A stretch of DNA of 64,000 bases from Candidatus Bathyarchaeia archaeon (GTDB taxonomy: Archaea > Thermoproteota > Bathyarchaeia > Bathyarchaeales > Bathycorpusculaceae): the NCBI GenBank assembly GCA_050012755.1, contig JBEKGO010000006.1, forward strand, positions 1-64,000, read 5' to 3'. The position numbers and the translations under genes are program-made. Positions 1-11,053 of this stretch are shown here, piece after piece. The notes under the pieces are model-generated. The model did no database searches. It saw only the letters and a list, made by a program, of their open reading frames with translations, and was not told the origin of the DNA. Positions within the stretch are counted from its first letter, which is position 1. Each line of letters opens with the position of its first letter.

Positions 1-347
1 CCTGGGCCCTTGTCTCAGTGCCCATCTCCGGGCTCCCGCTCCCACGGCCCGCACCGGTAAAAGGCTTGGTGAGCCATTACCTCACCAACAACCTGATCGG
101 TCGCGGCCCCATCCTTGGGCGAAACTGGAGAGCATAACCCCAGCCTCTTTTAAGCGAAGACTCATTCCAGAGTTCTTCACCTATCGAGAATTAGCCCCAG
201 TTTCCCGGGGGTGTTCTGGTCCCAAGGGCAGGTTAGCCACGTGTTACTGAGCTGTGTGCCGCGCTTCCAAATTGGCTAGGAAGCGCACGACTAGCATGTC
301 TTAGTCCTATCCCGATAGCAGTGGGGTCCGGCAGGATCAACCGGAGT
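1..347 (-). rRNA. rrs: 16S rRNA, 5' portion (continues beyond window start)
   Basis: Reverse complement begins ACTCCGGTTGATCCTGCCGGA (archaeal 16S 5' signature) and contains GCTCAGTAACACGTGG and CACTGAGACAAGGGCCCAGG. Confidence 0.98.
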
Positions 348-647
348 TGTGACACTCCGTTTTGATTTCTGCGGATCTTGATTGTTTTTTGTGTGGTACG
401 TTCTGCACTATTCGCATGATTTGTGCCTAACTGGATTTGGAGGGAAAAACATTCCACTCAATACGTCAAAGCCCAATTCAGACCTAACTGAGCAATTAAT
501 CAGGTCCACATTCGTGTCCCCGCAATTGGAGGCCAATCCCATCATTCCTGCAAGGCAAACGCCGTTTCGGTACGGGTTGAGCCGCCGCCATGTGAAAATT
601 GCGGGGCTAGCAATTATAGCTGAATTCTAACAGAAGCTAGTTCAACT

Positions 648-666
648 GATATAAACATTTCTTTTC
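648..666 (-). promoter_or_regulatory. Putative rRNA operon promoter (BRE + TATA)
   Basis: Minus strand GAAAAGAAATG-TTTATATC about 300 nt upstream of the mature 16S 5' end. Confidence 0.6.
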
Positions 667-1058
667 ATTCAATTAAACATTATTCTGTCAGCCGTTGAAT
701 GCAAACTTTTTAGACAGCTGCGGTTTTTCATTTTTCTCGGCTATTTTTTGCGTTTTTTCGTTCAAAACTAAGGCTAAAAAATAGAGAAGAAATTTTTAGG
801 CAAGCTAGCATTAGAGAGAAAATAGGAATTATGAAACCGTTCCATTGATCAAAAACCAGTAATTTTTGCTCTTAGGTCTCTATTTCTCATCTATGGGTGA
901 TACGTTATCTAGGTTTTTGTGTTACTGGTTTTCAACATAGGTCAACATACTTTCATGAACCGGGGGTCTACCGAAAAATAGACTGCCGATCAACCGCCCA
1001 CGTATAATTTTTGGCTGCAAGCTTTCAGATTTTCTCAAAACTAAACGATACGGAGTTA

Positions 1059-1406
1059 TTATATTGTGTAGCTGTCGCCTGTTTTGTCCTCTTCCTTCAC
1101 ATAAAAAGTTGAGCAAAGCTTGCAAAAATCTAGTGTCACTTCATCCCAAGTTGTCTGTTGGTTTGCAAGTTGTTTAGCAGTTTTTTTGGCTTCAGCTTGT
1201 ATTCTGGGCAAAACCTCGTTGAATTGTTCTGTGCCTTTGATGGCACGTTTCGAGTTCATGTATTGGCTTACTGCAGCTTGGGTGGTTTTGAGTTTCTTTG
1301 CCGTTTCAACCTGTGTTAAATGGTAAGTGCTGATGAGTTCTTTGGCGACAAGTGATCGAAAAACTGGCAGCACGAATTTTCCTATGCTTTCACATCGGGC
1401 GCTCAT
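1059..1406 (-). CDS. XRE-type HTH transcriptional regulator (COG2522-like)
   Basis: CE..GKFVLPVFRSLVAKEL...LTQVETAKKLKTTQAAVSQY HTH and C-terminal CxxC. Confidence 0.85.
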   Translation of the reverse strand: MSARCESIGKFVLPVFRSLVAKELISTYHLTQVETAKKLKTTQAAVSQYMNSKRAIKGTEQFNEVLPRIQAEAKKTAKQLANQQTTWDEVTLDFCKLCSTFYVKEEDKTGDSYTI

Positions 1407-1850
1407 TTTGTTTTCGCCATTATAACAGTATTATACTTAATAAATTGAGCGATGGAAATCTGCTTCCGCAAGTTGTTTGAGATAGGCAGGGGCCGTGAAA
1501 GGGGTTGCTTTCTTGGTAAATTGAACCTGCAGGTTCAAAAATGGAGGGTATTTTCACTCCTTCGGGGCTTGAATCGGTCTTGAATCTGCGAAAGCTCATC
1601 AAAAGTGCCCTGAGCCAGGTGTAAAATTGAACTAAGTCAACATTGTTTCGGGACAAACTTGAACTGAATTGATGTTAACTAGTGGCGAGACCCGCAAAAC
1701 CTGCACGCCATTTACAAAAACAGTCTGGATGTTTACAATTTCTTTTGCAGCTAAGGATCTTAAGACCGTTAGCACAAATTTTCCTACACTTTCGCATCGA
1801 GCGCCCATTTTAATTCGACGTTATAACAGCATTATACTTGATAAATTGAG
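1369..1850. repeat. Imperfect ~80-bp direct repeat (1369-1449 and 1771-1850) covering the promoter and 5' end of the HTH gene
   Basis: agcacgaattttcctatgctttcacatcgggcgctcat...tataacagtattatacttaataaattgag versus agcacaaattttcctacactttcgcatcgagcgcccat...tataacagcattatacttgataaattgag. Confidence 0.9.
1632..1808 (-). pseudogene. Truncated paralog of the 1059-1406 regulator (58 aa, HTH lost)
   Basis: Hand translation MGARCESVGKFVLTVLRSLAAKEIVN... matches MSARCESIGKFVLPVFRSLVAKELIS, then diverges. Confidence 0.75.
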
Positions 1851-2209
1851 TGTCAAACGATTTCTTATTTGCTCAAAATACTAAACCAAAAGTTTCGGTG
1901 TCAAAATTTAAGCGAGAGTTAATCTCTGAAGTTTCGAAGCACTATCTCTGTAACTACTAAAGTGTATATACAAGTGATAAGACAGAAAGTAGTGATACTA
2001 AATACCCATAGGGAAGAATAACAGCCTAAAACCTTGATCTTTCTCTGCTACGTCGCTGCATTGTCGCTATAGATGTCACCATGTCGCTTCTTAGAATAAA
2101 ATCTTTTACTGAGTAGGCTAAACCCTCTTTCTTCACTATGATAGCTAACTTAGTTTTTTCTTGCTTAAGGTCGATCTTCTATTATATTCTGAAAACTTAA
2201 TCAAAATCC

Positions 2210-2734
2210 TTAAACAGATATTGGTTGTTTTTTAAATGTTTGTATTAAATTTTTGACACCCTGCGGATCACGAATATTATTAAAACATAAGACTCTTTTA
2301 CCGTCAAAGACAAAAACCAAATTACCATAGGTTCTGCTTATTCTTTGACTCGAGCTGGTTCTCGAAGACTTACTAATTTTTTCTGTAACTACCGTATCAG
2401 AAACATGCAGACCTACAGGGAATCCTATTCCTTCCTTAGAAAATATAAATGCTCTAAAATTAGTTAAGACCATTTCACCGTTTTCTTTGAGGGTATACCT
2501 TCTAAGAGTTTGTTCTCCTGCAATAAGCTTGGGATTATGAATTTTTTCGTTGTATCTCGTGATAAATAAGTTAATATCACCTTCATGTTTCTTAAATTCG
2601 GTTTGGTCAGTATTTTTCTTTGCTTTGATTGCAGCTTTAACTAATTCTCGAGGAAGAATGTTTTTGTAAAGCTTTAGAGATTTCTCAAAATTATTGCTAA
2701 TTTCAGGTTTCTTGATAAGTCTATTTTCTGTCAT
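2210..2734 (-). CDS. Hypothetical protein, C-terminal PH-like (bPH) domain
   Basis: VLTNFRAFI...YGNLVF..DGKRVLCFNNIRDPQGVKNLI resembles the prokaryotic PH-domain pattern. Confidence 0.5.
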   Translation of the reverse strand: MTENRLIKKPEISNNFEKSLKLYKNILPRELVKAAIKAKKNTDQTEFKKHEGDINLFITRYNEKIHNPKLIAGEQTLRRYTLKENGEMVLTNFRAFIFSKEGIGFPVGLHVSDTVVTEKISKSSRTSSSQRISRTYGNLVFVFDGKRVLCFNNIRDPQGVKNLIQTFKKQPISV

Positions 2735-2930
2735 GGTATCACTTTCGAGATATAGAACATTAAACTTATAGACTTTCCCCGTAAAAATTTTAGGTTCACT
2801 TAGTTGAAGAGAGTGAGAGCTTCTAAGTAACTAAGTTTCTTAACTAAATTCTACTGGGTACATCTTAACTCTTGAATGTACTCGGTAATAGCCCTAACTT
2901 CTATCGCTAAAAAAGTTATAGAAAATAATT

Positions 2931-3224
2931 TTACTTCGGTGGAAGCCTTGTTGGTTGTCCAATACGCTCTCCGTACTTAACTAAAAAATTCCTACCAAAA
3001 GGACCTTTAGCGCTCAATCCCTCAAGTTTAAGTTTTAATTCTTCGATAGTCAGGTCTTTTGCTGGAATTCGCCATAGTTCATGAACTCTGCTAACCGAAT
3101 CAAACACAACATCATAACAACCATTTTCTTTTATGTAACTCTTCCCACCGACAATCCAATAGCTATCACCTTTCGCTGTCCAACCACCAAACCCTTTCAC
3201 CATAATATCAAACCCTTTTCTCAC
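2931..3224 (-). CDS. Hypothetical protein
   Basis: 97-aa ORF co-oriented with its neighbours; no family recognised. Confidence 0.45.
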   Translation of the reverse strand: MRKGFDIMVKGFGGWTAKGDSYWIVGGKSYIKENGCYDVVFDSVSRVHELWRIPAKDLTIEELKLKLEGLSAKGPFGRNFLVKYGERIGQPTRLPPK

Positions 3225-3290
3225 TTCTTCTATTCAATGCTTTTCAGATTTAAGACTTATCTTTATGAAAACTTGTCATTTTTACTTATT

Positions 3291-3704
3291 TTAGCATCCA
3301 TATTCTAAATAGTCTAAAATTTCGACTGGTAGGTTTTCAATTACTTTCATTGCTTCAAAATGTCTTTGCTCTTCAACTTCTTTGATTTTTTTAATTAAGA
3401 ATTTTTGCCAGAATTTCTGTTTTTTATAGAAGTGAACATAGATAACAGAAATGTTGTTATCATGGCATATTTTCTCTCTGTATTCGTATTTGAAGTCCTT
3501 TGAGCCACAGACTTCAATATATATCCTCAATTTTGGGAGGTAAAAATCAGGTGTCCAAAGTCTTGGACGTTTCCTTTCATCATAGAGATAAACTGGTGAT
3601 TCAAAAATCCATGCGAGTCCTAATGCATCCAAAAATTCTGCTACTTTTCTTTCAGAAGGCATCATCTTATCATACAGAGCTTGAAACTTTGATCCTCTCA
3701 ACAT
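3291..3704 (-). CDS. PD-(D/E)xK restriction-endonuclease-like protein
   Basis: SERKVAEFL...WTPDFYLPKLRIYIEVCG: E...PDF...IE pattern of the restriction-like nuclease fold. Confidence 0.7.
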   Translation of the reverse strand: MLRGSKFQALYDKMMPSERKVAEFLDALGLAWIFESPVYLYDERKRPRLWTPDFYLPKLRIYIEVCGSKDFKYEYREKICHDNNISVIYVHFYKKQKFWQKFLIKKIKEVEEQRHFEAMKVIENLPVEILDYLEYGC

Positions 3705-3874
3705 ATAATAAATAATAAGATTTTTATTACTTCTGAATTTGAGCTACATATTTTACTTCATGGATTATTATGAGGAGTAACTTGCTTAGACTCGATATAC
3801 TTAGTAATTATCTAATTTTTGATGAATGATAGTCTTAAATCTGTACGACATTGAAATAGGACTGAGATGAAAGA

Positions 3875-4108
3875 ATGATGAATACTGAAAACAAAAAAGA
3901 TGAGGTAAAAGAAGCGATTATTAAAGCTCTAAGTGATAAGATAGTTCAAGAAATAGCAACAGAACTAAATTTGCCGACTGGACAAAATTCAGATGCCAGT
4001 GTTAGAGTAGAACCAAGCACTAAAGTTGTTAGGTATCTTGTTCATAAACTTGCAGAGTTACGTTATGAACATGGAGTAGAAATGAAGAAAAAAGCTGAGG
4101 ATTGGTAA
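3875..4108 (+). CDS. Hypothetical protein
   Basis: 77-aa charged helical ORF with an upstream TATA-like CTTAAAT. Confidence 0.5.
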   Translation: MMNTENKKDEVKEAIIKALSDKIVQEIATELNLPTGQNSDASVRVEPSTKVVRYLVHKLAELRYEHGVEMKKKAEDW

Positions 4109-4113
4109 ATAAT

Positions 4114-4329
4114 CTAAGTTACTTTAACAACGTTTCTCAGTTCTATTGGTACTCTAACAGGGAGTATCTCTTTTAATGCTATATGTTGTAAATACTGCTC
4201 GAATGAGATGTAAGATCGACCTCTCAATTCATGATATCTTCTATTATGCAACCAGTTAGATCTAAGCCTACCATTCTCGGTAGCTAAGTAAGTTTTTTGG
4301 TTTACAGCCATTCTTTCTCTAAACTTCAA
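4114..4329 (-). CDS. Hypothetical protein
   Basis: 71-aa ORF convergent with 3875-4108; no family recognised. Confidence 0.3.
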   Translation of the reverse strand: MKFRERMAVNQKTYLATENGRLRSNWLHNRRYHELRGRSYISFEQYLQHIALKEILPVRVPIELRNVVKVT

Positions 4330-4516
4330 AGTGGGATATTGGGATAACTTTGTTCAATAATAAGACTATTGATCTTACTACATACAAATGTACTGACAAA
4401 ATGTATATGTTTTGACCTATACCTCGGTCACTGTCAGAGAGAGAAAAAGAGAAAGAAACTAGAATGAAAACAAAAAATGAATACAATAGCATTACTCTCG
4501 GCTAAAGACACAGGTT

Positions 4517-5071
4517 TTAGATCATGCGTAGCAAATCTGCTTTTGTTATAATGCCGATTACCACGCCTTTTTTGACAACTAGAACACCAGGATAAGTCTG
4601 TAATAGGTTAGAAATCAATGATAATGGAGCATCCTCATTTATTTGAGGCAAAGCTTCTTCCATGATTTCCTCCGTCGGCAACTTAGATATCTCTTCTAAA
4701 TCTTTGCCTGACATAATTTGGCGCAAAATAGCTTTTTCCGAAATGCTACCAACCGAATGTTTGCCTTCGAAAACTGGTATTTGTGAGTAGCCATATTCCT
4801 GCATGATTTTTACAACTTTTGATATTGGCTCGTTTTTCTGCACTGTTACAACGTTTTTATGGAGTACTTTGTCTGCTTGGGCTTTTGTTTTGAATTCTAG
4901 CCGTTCTAGGACATTGAAGATTGTTTTTACTTTGGTGTATGATGAGTCGATGGTTCCTGCTTCTAGTTTGGCGATTAGGGATTGGCTGACGCCTGCGGCT
5001 TTGGCTAGTTCTGATTGTTTGAGACCTAGTTGGCGTCTGCGTTTGGCAATGTCTTCTAAGGTTGGGAACAT
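4517..5071 (-). CDS. XRE HTH + CBS-pair transcriptional regulator (COG3620-like)
   Basis: RRRQLGLKQSELAKAAGVSQSLIAKLEAG HTH; tandem CBS (YSQIPV..VGSISE; VIGIITKADLL). Confidence 0.92.
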   Translation of the reverse strand: MFPTLEDIAKRRRQLGLKQSELAKAAGVSQSLIAKLEAGTIDSSYTKVKTIFNVLERLEFKTKAQADKVLHKNVVTVQKNEPISKVVKIMQEYGYSQIPVFEGKHSVGSISEKAILRQIMSGKDLEEISKLPTEEIMEEALPQINEDAPLSLISNLLQTYPGVLVVKKGVVIGIITKADLLRMI

Positions 5072-5162
5072 GATTTAGTAATTAAGCGAGTAAGGTAATA
5101 TTCTTTTTGGAATATTTTTGTCAAAAACCAATATAACGCCGTTATGCAGTATTGCCCTGTAA

Positions 5163-6479
<1,317 letters not shown>

Positions 6480-6491
6480 ATCTTCATTTTC

Positions 6492-7640
6492 TTGGAGGAA
6501 ACAAAATTAGCGATAACTAACCAAACTGTTCAAGCCTTTGAAACAAAGCACTTTACATTCGCCAACCCACCAGAGGAAGTGGTTCTTGAATCTGGGGAAA
6601 AACTTGGTCCAATAACGCTTGCTTACGAAACTTACGGAAAGCTAAACGATCGAAAATCAAATGCCATTCTTGTTCTCCATGCACTCAGTGGAGATGCTCA
6701 TGCTGCCGGACCTGATGGCTGGTGGAACAGCTTGATTGGCCCCGGCAAGGGTTTAGACACAAAGAAGTACTTTGTAATATGCTCCAACGTAATTGGGGGA
6801 TGCCAAGGCTCAACAGGTCCATCCTCCACTAACCCGAAGACGAACAAACCTTACGGCACAGATTTTCCGCTGATAACCATTGGGGACATGGTAAAGGCTC
6901 AAGCTCACCTAATTGATCATTTAGGCATAGAAAAGCTGCTTGCGGTCGTCGGCGGTTCGATGGGTGGAATGCAAGTTCTTCAGTGGATGGTTTCGTACCC
7001 AGAACGCATTCGATCTGCAATACCGATCGCCACAACAATAAAGCATACCCCCCAGCAGATAGCCTTCAATGAGGTTGGACGACAAGCAATAATAGCTGAT
7101 CCCGACTGGAAAAAAGGGCATTATTACGGGTCTTCAGTTCCCGCGAAAGGCTTAGCTGTAGCCCGAATGATTGGGCACATAACATATATGAGTGATGCTT
7201 CAATGGCTGAAAAGTTTGGCAGACGCGTTCGCGAAGATAAGGAACCATTCAAGTTTGGCGCGGAATTTGAGGTTGAAGGTTACTTGCGCAATCGTGGCGA
7301 CAACTTTGTCAAGCGATTCGATGCTAACTCATATCTCTACATAACCAAGGCGATAGATTACTTCAATATCCTAAATGGAAACAAAAACTTAGGTAACATC
7401 TTCAAAGGATTAAAGGCAAAAGTGCTCGTGATATCATTCAAATCTGACTGGCTCTATCCCCCATATCAGTCTCAAGAAATCGTTAAAGCCTGCAAACTAG
7501 CCGGGGTTGACACAACTTATTGCGAAATAACCTCCACCTATGGGCATGATGCATTTCTTCTGGAAACAGAACAAGAAACTTGCCTAAACAAAAACTTCCT
7601 CAATACAGTGTCAAATGGTCATAATGGTGGTGCACAATGA
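6492..7640 (+). CDS. metX: Homoserine O-acetyltransferase
   Basis: [30 protein letters not shown]. Confidence 0.96.
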   Translation: MEETKLAITNQTVQAFETKHFTFANPPEEVVLESGEKLGPITLAYETYGKLNDRKSNAILVLHALSGDAHAAGPDGWWNSLIGPGKGLDTKKYFVICSNVIGGCQGSTGPSSTNPKTNKPYGTDFPLITIGDMVKAQAHLIDHLGIEKLLAVVGGSMGGMQVLQWMVSYPERIRSAIPIATTIKHTPQQIAFNEVGRQAIIADPDWKKGHYYGSSVPAKGLAVARMIGHITYMSDASMAEKFGRRVREDKEPFKFGAEFEVEGYLRNRGDNFVKRFDANSYLYITKAIDYFNILNGNKNLGNIFKGLKAKVLVISFKSDWLYPPYQSQEIVKACKLAGVDTTYCEITSTYGHDAFLLETEQETCLNKNFLNTVSNGHNGGAQ

Positions 7641-8227
7641 AGCAGATATCACTAAAAGCAGAACACGGAATCATCTTAAATTGGATCACTAAAGAAGCAT
7701 CCATTTTGGATCTTGGATGCGGCGACGGCGAATTATTATCACTCCTCATAAGCGAAAAGCAAGTCCATGTGCAAGGAATAGAACTAAGCGAGCCAGCCAT
7801 CCACCACTGTATCGCCAAAGGGTTAAGCGTCTTCCAACAGGACATTGACACAGGGCTCTCAGAATACGCAGACAAGGCATTTGATTATGTTATTCTTAAC
7901 CAGACACTTCAGCAAGTCAAGAAGCCAGATTTCGCCCTAAAAGAGACACTACGCGTCGGAAAGAAGGCGATAGTTACATTTCCAAATTTTGTTCAAGCCT
8001 CAGCTAGATTCCAAATATTCTTCAAAGGAAGAGTCCCCGTAACCAAGGCACTACCTTACGAATGGTATGATACACCAAACCTCCATTTTCTAGGAATCGC
8101 CGACTTCAAAGATTATTGCAAAAAAAGAAACATCCGAATTGAAAACTCAGCCTTTATCAGAAAAGACAAGAAAATTAAATTGTCGCCGAATTTCTTTGCT
8201 GAAATTGGGCTTTTTCTTTTGTCATAG
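7637..8227 (+). CDS. metW: Methionine biosynthesis protein MetW (SAM-binding)
   Basis: [21 protein letters not shown]; ATGA overlap with metX. Confidence 0.93.
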   Translation: MKQISLKAEHGIILNWITKEASILDLGCGDGELLSLLISEKQVHVQGIELSEPAIHHCIAKGLSVFQQDIDTGLSEYADKAFDYVILNQTLQQVKKPDFALKETLRVGKKAIVTFPNFVQASARFQIFFKGRVPVTKALPYEWYDTPNLHFLGIADFKDYCKKRNIRIENSAFIRKDKKIKLSPNFFAEIGLFLLS

Positions 8228-8478
8228 TAAACTTTGTTGCTGTGTTGCTACAACCACTTAATTTCAAGAGCGCAATGCACTAAGCAAGTATGCGCAAACT
8301 CGCATAAGCTGCTCTAAACTGCTTGGAAGGTTATTTATGGAAAGTGTAATTTCTTAAAGAAACAAGCGCTTATCGGGCAAGAATGTTTAGCTGGAAAACC
8401 TACGTTTAGTCATCTTCGCCGCCGACAAAGTCCGAAGCATCCTTGGACCCAAAGTCGCCTACAACCCCAAACGCTATG

Positions 8479-9708
8479 TTACACCGCACCATATTTGGAA
8501 AAAGCTTTCTCCGCCAACGCTTTGCCAAGCTGTTTTGCCTTTTCAAGGTCTTCTTTTGTGGGATTGCCGAAGAATGAAAGCGGCTGTTCCACCAGCTCGA
8601 AACCCAAAGCAGTTAGCTCTACTGATAGTTTTCGTGTGGCTTCTCCGCTCCAGCCGAAACTTCCGAACACGCTGGCGAATCTGTTTGAAAACTTTTTGGT
8701 CTTAAGCAGATTCAGGAAATCGACTACTTTTGGAAATATCTCGTGTTCATATGTGGGCGAACCAACGATTAGTGCTGGAGCCTCAACCAAGGCAGTTAAT
8801 GCATCAACAGCAGTGTCTTCAGAAAGATTGAAGCTTAGAACCGTGCCTCCGGCTTCCTCAACGCCTTCAACGATTGCATTTAAGCACTTTGCAGTCATTC
8901 CATACATGGTATCATATGCCACTACAACAGTTTTCGTGTAGGTGCCTTTGCTCCAAGAAGCCCATTTACGTATAGTTTGATTTGCGTTGATAGTGTAGAC
9001 GGGTCCATGGCTTGGCGCCAAAACTTCAATTTCGAGGTTAACTTTGTCAAATTTTTCTATGGCTTTCAGAATCCATTCGCGTTGTCCATTGAAGACTGAG
9101 GCAAAGTACTTTTGCGAGCATCCGCAAATATTCTGCTTGACCATGTCTATGTCGGATTCTAATATGGCGCCTTCGGGCAGTTTTTTGAAGGAGCCAAATA
9201 CGTCGCAGCAGAACAAAATCTTGTCTTCCACGAGGTAGGTGCTCATGGTTTCGGGCCAATGAAGCCAGGGTGTTTGAATAAACCTCAACGTTTTGTTTCC
9301 TAAGGAGATTTCTGCTGCTTCGTTTTTTACGATGACTGCGACGGGGTCGAAACCGTAGAACTTTTTAAATACCATTTGGGCAATCGGTGTGAAAACCACT
9401 TTTGCGTTGGGTGCTTTCTTAAGAAGACTAGGCACAGAACCGGTGTGGTCAGGCTCCATGTGGTTAATGACTAGATAATCAATTTTTGAGATGTCTGTTA
9501 GTTTGCTAATTTTGTCAAAGTGTTCAAGGGCATTCTTCTCGTGGACAGAATCAATCAGCGCAGTTTTTTCTGAGCCTACGATTAAGTAAGAGTTGTAGGA
9601 AACACCCTCGGGGATGCGCCAGAGCCCCTCAAAAAGTGGGGTTTCTGCGTCGTTAACTCCGACCCAGTTTACGTTAGAGGATAATGGAAGAGGTGGATTG
9701 TTTCTCAT
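8479..9708 (-). CDS. fprA: Flavodiiron protein (FprA family O2/NO reductase)
   Basis: NHMEPDH, LHWPE, PSHG diiron ligands; flavodoxin domain YDTMYGMT, FGSFGWSGEA. Confidence 0.93.
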   Translation of the reverse strand: MRNNPPLPLSSNVNWVGVNDAETPLFEGLWRIPEGVSYNSYLIVGSEKTALIDSVHEKNALEHFDKISKLTDISKIDYLVINHMEPDHTGSVPSLLKKAPNAKVVFTPIAQMVFKKFYGFDPVAVIVKNEAAEISLGNKTLRFIQTPWLHWPETMSTYLVEDKILFCCDVFGSFKKLPEGAILESDIDMVKQNICGCSQKYFASVFNGQREWILKAIEKFDKVNLEIEVLAPSHGPVYTINANQTIRKWASWSKGTYTKTVVVAYDTMYGMTAKCLNAIVEGVEEAGGTVLSFNLSEDTAVDALTALVEAPALIVGSPTYEHEIFPKVVDFLNLLKTKKFSNRFASVFGSFGWSGEATRKLSVELTALGFELVEQPLSFFGNPTKEDLEKAKQLGKALAEKAFSKYGAV

Positions 9709-10022
9709 GTCAAAACCGCGAATAACTAAAATGTTAAACTGCCTGAACGATTTAACCTTTTATTACAGTGCAAGCTATCCGGGGCTACATTAAACCTTAG
9801 TCAGGCAGATTTCAAACTCCGTTAACAATCGAAAAACCGTACAATTCCCAATCCGCTTCAACACGTAATATTTCGACAAGGCAGCGTGCGCTATTGTCTT
9901 ATTCTCATCCAAGTCTCAAAAACTCTTTAAGCGTATGTGCTTGGCTAACGGGTTGTTACAAAAATTAAAAGGGATGAACTGGTTGATACCAGCATTTAAT
10001 CTGGTTCTTAAACAATGGTCGT

Positions 10023-10358
10023 TTATAGTCTTAGCCAGAGTAGAATGCCCATAATCAAACCGTAAATTGCTAATGCTTCAGCTAACGCCACAATCAAGAA
10101 ACTTCTAAAGAAAGTTTCAGGCTTCTCAGCTAACGCACTGATGGCGGCGCTACCTACAGCTGAAATTGCAAATCCGGCCCCTAACGCGGATAAACCAATA
10201 GCCAATCCTGCCCCGATAGCTATACCTAATCTGTCGTAGGGTCCGGCAGTTGTCGTGGTCGCTTGAACCGTGGAAATTGAGAATGCTGCTGCTACTCCGA
10301 CTAGTGGCAAAAGCGCTAGCGGAAGGACAAAAAATAAGATTAAAAGCTTATGTTTCAA
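10023..10358 (-). CDS. atpK: A-type ATP synthase proteolipid subunit K (c) with N-terminal hydrophobic extension
   Basis: GAGLAIGLSALGAG...AEKPE...ALAEALAIYG single hairpin with the conserved Glu. Confidence 0.95.
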   Translation of the reverse strand: MKHKLLILFFVLPLALLPLVGVAAAFSISTVQATTTTAGPYDRLGIAIGAGLAIGLSALGAGFAISAVGSAAISALAEKPETFFRSFLIVALAEALAIYGLIMGILLWLRL

Positions 10359-10390
10359 ACCGACCTAGCTCCAGTTAAACAAGGCATGCG

Positions 10391-10591
10391 CTAGGTATTA
10401 ACTTTTTTCTTAGCGGGTTTTGGCTGTTTTCTATTAATCGAGCGCTCAACAGCTTCACCGATTTTGCCAGCTTCCTTTTTTAATGCATCACTGTCTTCTT
10501 GGATTTTCTTTAATTCATTTTCAGCCTCATTTTCTATGTCGAGGTTGAATTTTTTGTAGTCTTTTTCTAGTTGGTCTTTCTTTGACGTAAG
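10391..10591 (-). CDS. Cryptic ~66-aa charged coiled-coil ORF without a canonical start
   Basis: Open frame LTSKKDQLEKDYKKFNLDIENEAENELKKIQEDSDALKKEAGKIGEAVERSINRKQPKPAKKKVNT* fills the USP-atpK gap; GGAG upstream of CTT. Confidence 0.5.
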   Translation of the reverse strand, partial: LTSKKDQLEKDYKKFNLDIENEAENELKKIQEDSDALKKEAGKIGEAVERSINRKQPKPAKKKVNT

Positions 10592-10609
10592 TTTCGCTCC
10601 TTCACCCTT

Positions 10610-11053
10610 TCATTTAATTACTAGCACAGGGCAAGGGGAATATTCAATGACCCTTTCGGCAACGCTGCCTATGAGAATCCTTTCTGAACCTCTTAGGCCA
10701 TATGTACCCATCACAATCAAATCCATTTTTAACCCTTTAGCTATATGAACAATCTGCTCGAACGGTCTGCCTTTCGCAATTAGAGAAGCAGCCTTAACCC
10801 CTTCTTTCTCGGCTAAACTTAAAACATAATTGATGTATCGTTGCCCATCGTTTTTTAATTCTCGCTCAACATCCTCACGTTCGCTTACTCTGGAAATTTG
10901 ATCCAAAACAACTTCATCCATCACATAAACAACCATAATTTGGGCACCAAGCATCTTGGAAATACTTATACCATATTCTGCAGCACGTAGACTATAATCT
11001 GAGCCGTCGGTAGGAATCAAAATATTTTGAGTATTTTTAAAGTTCAAACTCAT
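10610..11053 (-). CDS. Universal stress protein (UspA family)
   Basis: ILIPTDGS, DLIVMGTYG...LIGSVAERVI..SPCPVLVIK; ATGA overlap with atpD. Confidence 0.95.
   Translation of the reverse strand: MSLNFKNTQNILIPTDGSDYSLRAAEYGISISKMLGAQIMVVYVMDEVVLDQISRVSEREDVERELKNDGQRYINYVLSLAEKEGVKAASLIAKGRPFEQIVHIAKGLKMDLIVMGTYGLRGSERILIGSVAERVIEYSPCPVLVIK

Larger units (their letters stand above)
1880..4450. mobile_element. AT-rich islet of short ORFans, probable decayed mobile element
   Basis: Visibly more AT-rich than the flanks, low coding density, nuclease-like ORF. No integrase or att seen; boundaries approximate. Confidence 0.45.

Noticed and set aside
233-630. ORF-track ORFs 233-457 and 382-630
   Set aside because: They overlap the 16S rRNA and its leader; not protein-like.
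8415-8470. H/ACA-like hairpin downstream of fprA
   Set aside because: Short stems and no clear K-turn; equally explained as a decayed coding fragment.
10607-10612. Selenocysteine recoding of the USP TGA
   Set aside because: The TGA falls at the normal USP C-terminus, not at a Cys-equivalent site; no SECIS or Sec machinery is visible.
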